A stretch of DNA of 64,000 bases from Anaerolineales bacterium (GTDB taxonomy: Bacteria; Chloroflexota; Anaerolineae; Anaerolineales; E44-bin32), in NCBI GenBank assembly GCA_034430615.1, contig DAOUEJ010000204.1, positions 2,903-66,902 of the forward strand, read 5' to 3'. A model generated the notes under the pieces. That model had not been told where the DNA came from and did not search any database. It was given only the letters and a program-made list of their open reading frames with translations. A program made the position numbers and the translations under genes. Positions within the stretch are counted from its first letter, which is position 1, and each line of letters opens with the position of its first letter. Positions 56,700-64,000 of the stretch are shown here, piece after piece.

Positions 56700-57440
56700 A
56701 TGAAGAAACCGGCCGTCTACACACCAGAGCAACCCGGCCACACACTAACCCACCTCTGGGATACCCCGGTCGTCGTCGTTGGCCGTACGTGGCTTCCGCT
56801 GGTCGAGCTGGCTAGTTGGATGTTCTTCTCCTGGTGGTCCTCCAGACGTGATCCGGACCGCAAACCGGGCGTGAGCCTGGGTTTGGGGGCTGTTCACACT
56901 CTGATGGTCCTGGGTTCGGAATGGTGCCACAACCTGGCCCACGTCGCCGCGGCGCGCATGGTCGCTCGACCGATGGATGCCCTGCGCATTACCTGGGGCA
57001 TGCCGCTGTGCGTCTATTACGAGCTTGAAGATGAACGCGTCACACCCCGCCAGCACATTGCGCGGGCGTTGGGAGGTCCACTCTTTAACTTTGCCGCCTC
57101 GCTCACGCTTGGCCGAATACGCTCCAGAACAAAGAAGAATACTCCAGCCCGTGAAATCGTGGATACAGCACTCGGCGCGAATCTCATCATCCTCGGCGCG
57201 GGCCTGCTTCCCTACCCTGGCCTTGATGGTGGCGTGATATTGAAGTGGAGCCTGGTCGAAGGCGGCTCCAGTACACGGCAAGCCGACGCGATTACTCGTC
57301 AGATGGATGGCGCGGTCGCGGCTGGCTTGGCAGGTGCTGCACTCGGCTTGAGAAAGCGCCGGCCATGGTTGAGCGTGCTGCTTGCAATTCTCAGTGCGCT
57401 TGGCTTTAGCCTAGCACTGAGTCTTGTTCGGGAGTCGTAG
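56700..57440 (+). CDS. Site-2-protease (peptidase M50)-like membrane protein with HNLAH in place of HExxH
   Basis: SEWCHNLAHVAAARM (56928-56942) aligns with the M50 HExxH helix. GLLPYPGLDGGVIL matches the M50 NxxPxxxLDGG motif. 246 aa, about 6 TMs. Confidence 0.55.
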   Translation: MKKPAVYTPEQPGHTLTHLWDTPVVVVGRTWLPLVELASWMFFSWWSSRRDPDRKPGVSLGLGAVHTLMVLGSEWCHNLAHVAAARMVARPMDALRITWGMPLCVYYELEDERVTPRQHIARALGGPLFNFAASLTLGRIRSRTKKNTPAREIVDTALGANLIILGAGLLPYPGLDGGVILKWSLVEGGSSTRQADAITRQMDGAVAAGLAGAALGLRKRRPWLSVLLAILSALGFSLALSLVRES

Positions 57441-57734
57441 CCGCATAGCGAGGGTAGTCCCTGCTATTCGCAATCCACATCTACTATTATTCGAGGATGC
57501 AAACTGATGGATCCCAGGGAAAATTACCCTGCCACTTTGACGAGAAATTTGCTATTGGCTCTGACCCACCGACACAAACCAGGCCATCCCCTTGAGCCTC
57601 GATCTATATTCTGATACCATGATCGAGTCTCGAGCTGGTGGTCGCGTCAAGGGAACCTGCGAGCGGCGTCGGATAGCCTCATCCGTCGAAAAGTGCCAGC
57701 GAGCTCCACCAATAAGTTCAACCGAGGGTGAAGC

Positions 57735-58610
57735 ATGAGAATGTGGAACTCGTATGCCCAACCGGCCAACGTTGAGCAGGCCTTGCAGGCGCTCAATGAT
57801 GCGCAAGGCCATGCAGCGATCATCGCCGGCGGGACCGATCTCCTGCTCGATATCGACCAGGGCCGCCGACCCGCACCCGACCTGCTGATCGACGTCACCT
57901 GCATCAATGAAATGGGCGAAGTACGGCTTGAAGAGGACCATATCTACCTGGGTGCGGCTGTCACCCACAAGGCGATCACAACCAACCCAATCCTCATGGA
58001 ACACGCTGCCTGCCTGGTGGAAGGCTGTGCGCTGATCGGCGGCCCGCAAGTGCGCAATGTCGCCACGATCGGCGGTAACGTCGCACATGCACTGCCGGCC
58101 GGCGACGGGACGATTGGTCTCCTCGTGCTGGATGCACAGGCGCTTCTTGCCGGCGTGATGGGGCGAACCTGGAAGCCTCTGGCGAAGCTCTTCGCCGGAC
58201 CTGGCGAGACAACCTTTGATCGTTCACAGGAAATCCTGGTCGGGTTCAAACTCCCCTTGCGCGAACCGAACGAGTATTCTGCCTTTCAACGCATCATGCG
58301 ACCACAAGGCGTTGCAATCGCCATCCTGAACATGGCGGTCTGGGTCAAGCTGGCGCCAGCCAGCACGCTCGAATCGGTACGGATCGCGGTAGGCCCCGGT
58401 GGGCCTGTTCCCTTCAGGGCACATGCCACCGAAGCAGCTCTTGCTGACCGCACACCCGACGCAGAGGCGCTGGCGCAAGCCACCAAAGCTTTACTGGGTG
58501 AGATCCAGCTGCGTACGAGCAAACACCGCGCCAGCCTGGCATACCGCCAGCACCTTGCCGGCATCCTGCTCGAGCGCACACTGGGTGCCGCGCTCAGCAA
58601 GCAGGCATAG
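57735..58610 (+). CDS. Xanthine-dehydrogenase-family FAD-binding subunit (CoxM/CutM-like)
   Basis: AIIAGGTDLLLDI, NVATIGGNVAHALPAGD, C-terminal CO-dehydrogenase flavoprotein-like domain. Confidence 0.88.
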   Translation: MRMWNSYAQPANVEQALQALNDAQGHAAIIAGGTDLLLDIDQGRRPAPDLLIDVTCINEMGEVRLEEDHIYLGAAVTHKAITTNPILMEHAACLVEGCALIGGPQVRNVATIGGNVAHALPAGDGTIGLLVLDAQALLAGVMGRTWKPLAKLFAGPGETTFDRSQEILVGFKLPLREPNEYSAFQRIMRPQGVAIAILNMAVWVKLAPASTLESVRIAVGPGGPVPFRAHATEAALADRTPDAEALAQATKALLGEIQLRTSKHRASLAYRQHLAGILLERTLGAALSKQA

Positions 58611-58669
58611 GTGACGATCAACCCAGACCGTTCGATAGGTGCATTTGATGAAGTCAACAAGGCAGGATC

Positions 58670-61450
58670 ATGACCAACGAGCTTAAACTGACCGTCAATG
58701 GTATTGAACGGATAGTCGATGTCGAACCAGGTGCGATGCTTTCCGATGTACTGCGCTACCGGCTTGGATTGACCGGGACGAAGATCGCCTGCGGGGAAGC
58801 CGAATGCGGTTCATGCACGGTTCTTCTGGATGGTCAACCCATCCTCTCCTGCACGCTGCCAGCCATGAAAGCAAATGGAAAGGATGTACTAACGATTGAG
58901 GGGCTAAGAACCAATGGCAGTCTGCATCCACTGCAGGAAGCATTCGTGAAGCATGGCGCGGTCCAGTGCGGTTTCTGTATCCCGGGTCAGATCATGACCG
59001 CCTACGCTCTCCTTGCACAAAATCCAGATCCGACTGAAGAAGATATCCGGCACGCGCTCAAGGACACGCTCTGTCGGTGTGGTGGGTACCCCACCATTAC
59101 TCGGGCTGTTCAAGCTGCTGCGGCTAGCATGCAGCATGGGACACCGGTTGCAGCGCCGGATATCGCTGCGTCAGGTGATTTCCGCGTGATCGGCAAGCCG
59201 GGGATTCGCCCGGATGCACTGCCCAAAGTCGATGGCAGCGCCAAGTTCACCGATGATTATCACTTTCCAGGAATGCTTCACGCTCGCGTGCTGCGCGCCG
59301 GCGTTCCCCATGCAGTCGTAACAAAACTCGATATTACTGCCGCAGCTGACCATCCCGGCGTCAGGGCGGTTCTCACCGCCGCTGACATTCCGGGCGAGAT
59401 CAATCACGGCCTGGTCACACGCGACTGGCCGGCGCTGGTGGGTATCGGCGAGAAAGTGCGTTACGTCGGCGATGCGCTGGCGATCGTCGCCGCCGAAACC
59501 CGGGAACAAGCGACCGATGCGCTGGAGTTGATCACCTTCGAACTCGAGCCGCTTCCGATTGTCAGCAGCCCGATCCAGGCTCACCAACCAAACGCCCCGC
59601 ACGTTCACGCCGGCGGCAACCTGCTGGATGAAATCAAAGTCTCCAAGGGCGACATCGAGGCCGGGATGGCGCAGTCCGAAGTCGTCTTCGAGCAGACCTA
59701 CGAGACGCCGATCATGGAGCATCTCTTCATGGAGCCCGAGTGCAGCATCGCCCGCCCTCTCGAGGACGGCCGCATGGAGATCTACGTCGGTTCGCAAATT
59801 CCCTACGCTGATCGCGAGCAGGTAGCGGACTGCCTCGGGCTTGAACACGAGCAGGTGCACGTAATTGGCACACTGGTCGGTGGTGGGTTCGGCGGTAAAG
59901 AGGATATTGCCGGCCAGATCCATGCTGCGCTGCTCGCCCAGGCGACGGGCCGGCCCGTCAAGCTGCTCTACGATCGGCACGAGAGCTTGCTGACCCACCC
60001 CAAGCGCCACGCAACCCGGATCCGGGTGCGCATCGGCGCCCGGCCGGATGGTGAGCTGGTCGCGGTCGATACTGAACTGTACGGCGACACGGGCGCGTAT
60101 GCTTCCCTTGGCGAACACGTTATGACACGTGCCACCACCCACTCTTCCGGACCCTACATCATCCCCAACGTGCGCGCCGATTGCTTCGCGATGTACACCA
60201 ACAACCCGCCCTCCGGGGCATTTCGCGGATTTGGCGCGCTCCAGGCTGCCTTTGCAATCGAGACGGCGATGGACGAACTCGCCCACCAGATCGGCATGGA
60301 TCCAATCGAGCTGCGAAAGCTGAACGCGCTGCGCGAGAGCTCAACCACCAATACCGGCCAATTTCTTGACCACAGTGTCGGCCTGCTTGAATGCGTCGAT
60401 CGAGTGGAAACCGAGATGCGCCGCCTATCTGCTGGCGAGGATCCATTTACCCCTCAGTCCGTCCCCGGCAGCCCGAGCTTGCGCCGGGCCTGGGGTTTTG
60501 CCGTGGCTTTCAAAAACACCGGACTGGGAGGCGGAGCCCCCGATAAAGCTGGCGCCGAGGTCCAGCTCTATGAAGATGGCACGATCGAAGCCCGCACGTC
60601 ATCGGCCGAAATCGGCCAGGGATTGGTCAGCGTGCTACAGATGATCGCCGCCGAGGAAATGGGGGCCAACCTCGATCAGGTGCGTGTACTGCTTTCGGAC
60701 ACCGATCTTACGCTCGATGGAGGCCCGACGACCGGGTCACGCCAGACCTACGTGAGCGGGAACGCTGTTCTTCACGCCGCCAGCACGCTGCGCCAGGCGA
60801 TGAGCGCAACTCTCTCCGAGCGTTTCGATTGCCCGCCAGAGAAGATACGCTACATCGCTGGGTTGGCGCAGGTAAACGGCCTGGAGGTACCCCTGGGTGA
60901 GGTGGCCAAGCTCATGCGCCAGGAAGGGCGTGAAGCGCACGCCGCGTTTGAATACTGGGCTCCGAAAACCGAACCGCTCGGCAGCGGAGGCGATATGCAT
61001 TTCGCCTTCTCCTTTGCTGCCCAGGCGGCACAGGTCGAAGTCGACCTTGAGACCGGCGAAGTGCGCGTGCCGCGCGTCATCGCCGCCACAGATGTCGGCC
61101 AGACCATCAACCCGATCGGGCTACAGGGACAGATCGAGGGCGGCGTGGTGATGGGCATCGGTCATGTGCTGACCGAGGAGTTCATCCTCGAGAATGGGAT
61201 GGTGATCACCGACCGTATGGCGCGCTATCGCATGCCATCGATTGCACATGCACCGGAAATCATCTCATTCGTGGTCGAACACCCCACCCGGGAAGGACCC
61301 TACGGGGCAAAAGGCGTGGGTGAGATCTCGACCATGCCGACCTTGCCCGCCATCACGAATGGGATCTATCACGCCTGTGGCATCCGCATCCGCCGGCTGC
61401 CCGTGGATCAGGACTGGCTCGCCCTACAGCTCACACCCCGTAAGTCCTGA
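58670..61450 (+). CDS. Xanthine-dehydrogenase-family fused 2x[2Fe-2S] plus molybdopterin-binding subunit (aldehyde-oxidoreductase-like)
   Basis: 926 aa. CGEAECGSCTV and QCGFCIPG/CRCGGY Fe-S motifs, then GGGFGGKE and FRGFG molybdoenzyme motifs. Confidence 0.9.
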   Translation: MTNELKLTVNGIERIVDVEPGAMLSDVLRYRLGLTGTKIACGEAECGSCTVLLDGQPILSCTLPAMKANGKDVLTIEGLRTNGSLHPLQEAFVKHGAVQCGFCIPGQIMTAYALLAQNPDPTEEDIRHALKDTLCRCGGYPTITRAVQAAAASMQHGTPVAAPDIAASGDFRVIGKPGIRPDALPKVDGSAKFTDDYHFPGMLHARVLRAGVPHAVVTKLDITAAADHPGVRAVLTAADIPGEINHGLVTRDWPALVGIGEKVRYVGDALAIVAAETREQATDALELITFELEPLPIVSSPIQAHQPNAPHVHAGGNLLDEIKVSKGDIEAGMAQSEVVFEQTYETPIMEHLFMEPECSIARPLEDGRMEIYVGSQIPYADREQVADCLGLEHEQVHVIGTLVGGGFGGKEDIAGQIHAALLAQATGRPVKLLYDRHESLLTHPKRHATRIRVRIGARPDGELVAVDTELYGDTGAYASLGEHVMTRATTHSSGPYIIPNVRADCFAMYTNNPPSGAFRGFGALQAAFAIETAMDELAHQIGMDPIELRKLNALRESSTTNTGQFLDHSVGLLECVDRVETEMRRLSAGEDPFTPQSVPGSPSLRRAWGFAVAFKNTGLGGGAPDKAGAEVQLYEDGTIEARTSSAEIGQGLVSVLQMIAAEEMGANLDQVRVLLSDTDLTLDGGPTTGSRQTYVSGNAVLHAASTLRQAMSATLSERFDCPPEKIRYIAGLAQVNGLEVPLGEVAKLMRQEGREAHAAFEYWAPKTEPLGSGGDMHFAFSFAAQAAQVEVDLETGEVRVPRVIAATDVGQTINPIGLQGQIEGGVVMGIGHVLTEEFILENGMVITDRMARYRMPSIAHAPEIISFVVEHPTREGPYGAKGVGEISTMPTLPAITNGIYHACGIRIRRLPVDQDWLALQLTPRKS

Positions 61451-61565
61451 CCAGAATACACCCGGCAAGAAGATGATCCCGCGCCCCGGGTGACTTACGC
61501 CACTTTGCATCGCCCTCCCCAAGGGATAACATTTTGGATACAAATTGGCCGATTAGGTTGGCCTA

Positions 61566-61946
61566 ATGCTTCACCATCATTCGGCATCCAGGGAGCCATC
61601 AAGCTTGGAATCGAGCGACGGAAAACCGAAACCCGTAGCCGGTGCGCCAGCGCGCGGACCACTGCGCGCCATCATCCTCGCCTCAACCGGCCAGGATATC
61701 TCGCGCTGCACGCACTGTGATCTGTGTGACAAGTACCTGCAGCCGGGAATGGACCTGACCATCGCCGAACTTATGCAGGCCGCCAGCCGTGATGAATACC
61801 TAGCCTTGAACAGCAAGACCCTCTGGGTCTCTGAAAAACTGCTCGATCATGCCCTGCGCTGCCAATCCGGGCTCGATCTGGTCTCAATCCTGATAGTCAT
61901 GCAGCGCGAGGCGGTTGAACGCGGCATCCACCCACCGGAGTCTTGA
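61566..61946 (+). CDS. HdrC-like helical protein with degenerate Fe-S motifs
   Basis: ISRCTHCDLCDKYLQPGMDLTIAELMQ resembles the first CxxCxxCxxxCP motif region of HdrC but lacks the 4th Cys. The second motif region reads LRCQSGLDL. The start is uncertain. Confidence 0.4.
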   Translation: MLHHHSASREPSSLESSDGKPKPVAGAPARGPLRAIILASTGQDISRCTHCDLCDKYLQPGMDLTIAELMQAASRDEYLALNSKTLWVSEKLLDHALRCQSGLDLVSILIVMQREAVERGIHPPES

Positions 61947-61979
61947 GCTAGAATCAGCCCACGGAAGCGAGGATAAACA

Positions 61980-62756
61980 ATGAAAATCGCCATTACAGGT
62001 AAAGGCGGTGTCGGGAAAACGACCCTGACCAGTTTGCTTGCCTATGCCTATGCTGCGCGCGGGAACCGGGTGCTGGCCATCGATGGTGACCCCTCACCCT
62101 GCCTGGGACAGGCACTTGGCCTGCCCGAAGAACAACTGCGTGAACTGACACCGATCGCGGAGATGAATGAGCTGATCTTCGAGCGCACCGGGGCTCAACC
62201 CGGCACAACGGGGGGCTTTTTTAAACTCAACCCCCGCGTCGATGATTTACCAGACCGCTTTTCAGCTGAACATCGCGGGATTAAGATGCTCGAGATGGGC
62301 GCAGTCGACCTGGGAGGCTCAGGCTGTATCTGCCCCGAGAGTGCAATCCTGCGTTCACTGGTGACGCATATCCTGCTCAGGCGCGATGAAGTTGTGCTGC
62401 TCGATATGTATGCCGGCGTTGAACACCTTGGCCGGGCAACTGCAGATGCCGTCGACGCTATGCTGATCGTCGTTGAACCAACCGCCCGCAGCTTGGGAAC
62501 TGCAACCCAGATCAAAGCGCTTGCTCAGGATATCAAGCTGGATAAGCTCTTCCTCGTTGGGTGCAAGGTCCAGGATGAGAAGGATCGAGAGTTCATCCAG
62601 GAGAATTCCCCCGGCCTTCCCGTGCTGGGCTTTCTCCCCGACGATCCGATGGTCCGTAAGGCGGATCGTGATCGGGCAGCTGTGTACGACCTTGCTCCAG
62701 CCTTGGTTGAGGCGACCGAGAAGATCATCACCAACCTCGAATCTGCGCTTGGGTAG
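61980..62756 (+). CDS. cooC: CooC-type Ni-insertion ATPase, second paralogue
   Basis: MKIAITGKGGVGKTT deviant Walker A, CxC motif GSGCICPES, 258 aa. Confidence 0.85.
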   Translation: MKIAITGKGGVGKTTLTSLLAYAYAARGNRVLAIDGDPSPCLGQALGLPEEQLRELTPIAEMNELIFERTGAQPGTTGGFFKLNPRVDDLPDRFSAEHRGIKMLEMGAVDLGGSGCICPESAILRSLVTHILLRRDEVVLLDMYAGVEHLGRATADAVDAMLIVVEPTARSLGTATQIKALAQDIKLDKLFLVGCKVQDEKDREFIQENSPGLPVLGFLPDDPMVRKADRDRAAVYDLAPALVEATEKIITNLESALG

Positions 62757-62872
62757 CGAGAATGGTGCATACGTCATGCAGTCAGAACGACAAACTTCCT
62801 GTTATAGATTGACTTAGGCCGATATAAATTGACTCGGCTTTGATTGGACCTATACTCGAAATAGAAAGCGCA

Positions 62873-62905
62873 GGCAGCTGCCGTTTACCCTACCCGGCAG
62901 CTGCT
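62873..62905. promoter_or_regulatory. Twin 10-bp palindromes GGCAGCTGCC-N13-GGCAGCTGCT upstream of metVF
   Basis: 62873-62882 is perfectly self-complementary and 62896-62905 differs at one base. Lies 25-57 nt upstream of ATG 62930. The two copies could also pair as a stem-loop. Confidence 0.35.
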
Positions 62906-62929
62906 TGACAGTGGATCACGGAGTCCTAT

Positions 62930-64000
62930 ATGTCTCTCTTTTCACCACGCCGATACCAAGCCCCTTTTCGACCCTACCACCGCGATGATAAAACACTGAT
63001 GCTGCGAGTGTTCACAGCCGGGGAACAGGTCATTAAAAGCACACTCTTCAGCTGCCGGATGTGTGGGAACTGCATCCTGCAGGAGACTGCCTTCGTCTGC
63101 CCCATGACCTGCCCCAAAGGATTGCGGAACGGACTTTGTGGCGGTGCTTCTTCCGAACATTGCGAAGTCGATCCATCCCGGCCCTGTACCTGGTACAAGA
63201 TCTATGAGCGAGCCGAACGGCTGGGGCGCACCGAGAGGCTGCTGGAAGTGAATGCCCCACTCGATGGTGAGCGCGTAGGCCGGGAGACGTGGCTCGACCT
63301 GGTCCGGATCTATCGCGAGCGCGATGCTGGGCCACGACTGCGCGATTTCGTCTCCAACCGAGAAAAATGGAACCAGGAGTGGGACCAGTTTTTTTACGAC
63401 GTGCGCCAGCCGGATTGGTGGCAGGGTGATGCGCTCTACCACCCACCGGCCTATGAAGCGCCCATATCTCTCCTCGAAGCGAATCTGCGAACCGGTGAGT
63501 TCGTCACCACGGCTGAAATCGCTCCCCCTCTGGGGGCATCAGGCAATATCATCCACAAGAAGGCCGCCTGGTTGAAGGGCATCGTCACCGCCGCCAATTT
63601 CACCGACAATGCCTCCGCCTCGGCCCGCATGAGCAGCCTGGCTTCCAGCCACATCTGTCTGGAAACAGATTTAGAGCCGATCATGCAACTGCAGGCACGC
63701 GACCGGACACGGATCGTGCTCGAGTCGGACGCCATGGGTGCAGCCGGCCTCGGGATCCATAACATCCTGTGCCTGAGCGGTGATCATCACCGCTTCGGCC
63801 CAACCCCGATGACCAAGCCCGACCAGTTCGATATGGATGCCGTGCAGGTGCTCTGGATGCTGCGGCGCATGCGCGATGACGGCATATACCTGGATGGCCG
63901 CAAGATCAAGCAAAGGCCGCAGTTCTTCCTGGGGGCAGCAGGGTCACCCTTCGGCGCACCCCCGGCCTACGAAGCGATCCGGGCCCATAAAAAGATCAAC
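62930..64000 (+). CDS. metVF: MetV-MetF fusion: Cys-rich MTHFR C-terminal-type (MetV) domain fused to methylenetetrahydrofolate reductase; 3' end outside the window
   Basis: Not in the ORF track (no stop in the window); my own translation from ATG 62930 (ggag RBS). FSCRMCGNCILQETAFVCPMTCPKGLRNGLCGG is the MetV motif. Followed by TAEIAPP...ANFTDNASASARMS...LQARDR...ILCLSGD typical of MetF. Confidence 0.85.
   Translation, partial: MSLFSPRRYQAPFRPYHRDDKTLMLRVFTAGEQVIKSTLFSCRMCGNCILQETAFVCPMTCPKGLRNGLCGGASSEHCEVDPSRPCTWYKIYERAERLGRTERLLEVNAPLDGERVGRETWLDLVRIYRERDAGPRLRDFVSNREKWNQEWDQFFYDVRQPDWWQGDALYHPPAYEAPISLLEANLRTGEFVTTAEIAPPLGASGNIIHKKAAWLKGIVTAANFTDNASASARMSSLASSHICLETDLEPIMQLQARDRTRIVLESDAMGAAGLGIHNILCLSGDHHRFGPTPMTKPDQFDMDAVQVLWMLRRMRDDGIYLDGRKIKQRPQFFLGAAGSPFGAPPAYEAIRAHKKIN

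Noticed and set aside
57441-57734. Possible Moco riboswitch in the 294-nt leader of the molybdoenzyme operon.
   Set aside because: I could not recognise the conserved Moco-motif stems or loops by eye, only a weak agcctc-like stretch. A covariance-model scan would be needed, so this is unsupported.
58670-61450. XDH-family large subunit as an aerobic form-I CO dehydrogenase (CoxL), given the neighbouring cooC.
   Set aside because: The form-I active-site loop (AYxCSFR) is absent from the translation. The subunit is fused to the FeS domain like aldehyde oxidoreductases. CooC serves Ni-CODH, not Mo-CODH.
62905-62933. TTGACA-N17-ATATGT promoter-like string immediately upstream of metVF.
   Set aside because: The -10-like hexamer overlaps the ATG at 62930. 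A transcript started there would lack the start codon and its ggag RBS. It is probably fortuitous.

Overview
High-GC bacterial chromosomal window (about 60% GC by eye, not computed). I saw no rRNA, tRNA, CRISPR array, transposase, integrase or phage genes. F420-type enzymes, a TIGR03663-like GT-C membrane glycosyltransferase, Wood-Ljungdahl genes and GTAGGGGC-type palindromes suggest an anaerobic Chloroflexota-like organism; that is inference only. Left edge (1-10.7 kb): a complete CODH/ACS operon (acsA-acsB-acsD-acsC-lipoprotein-miniFeS-acsV-cooC-acsE) ending in an intrinsic terminator, then a malic enzyme and a TrxR-like flavoprotein lacking the redox cysteines. Right edge (57.7-64 kb): a xanthine-dehydrogenase-family molybdoenzyme, an HdrC-like protein, a second cooC and a metV-metF fusion that runs off the window. 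The roughly 45 kb between holds accessory genes: two paralogous ABC-2 exporter operons, a patatin-like lipase, a peptidase-MA protein next to a 1094-aa GT-C/NHL fusion, a run of small drug/xenobiotic-modifying genes, a GH38/UPF0104/GT4 glycoconjugate cluster, and assorted singletons. The most system-like unknown is at 52.4-57.4 kb. There a LytTR DNA-binding domain is fused to an ABC nucleotide-binding domain in which every catalytic motif is degenerate. It sits upstream of a canonical ABC-2 exporter and divergent from a site-2-protease homologue whose catalytic Glu is replaced (HNLAH). Two repeat families are also present: three 28-nt GTAGGGGC...GCCCCTAC palindromes, and five copies of a 140-160 bp MITE-like element, three of them side by side. 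A TipA/MerR regulator gene keeps an open 251-aa frame only through two compensating frameshifts. Product calls come from motif recognition by eye, not from database searches.
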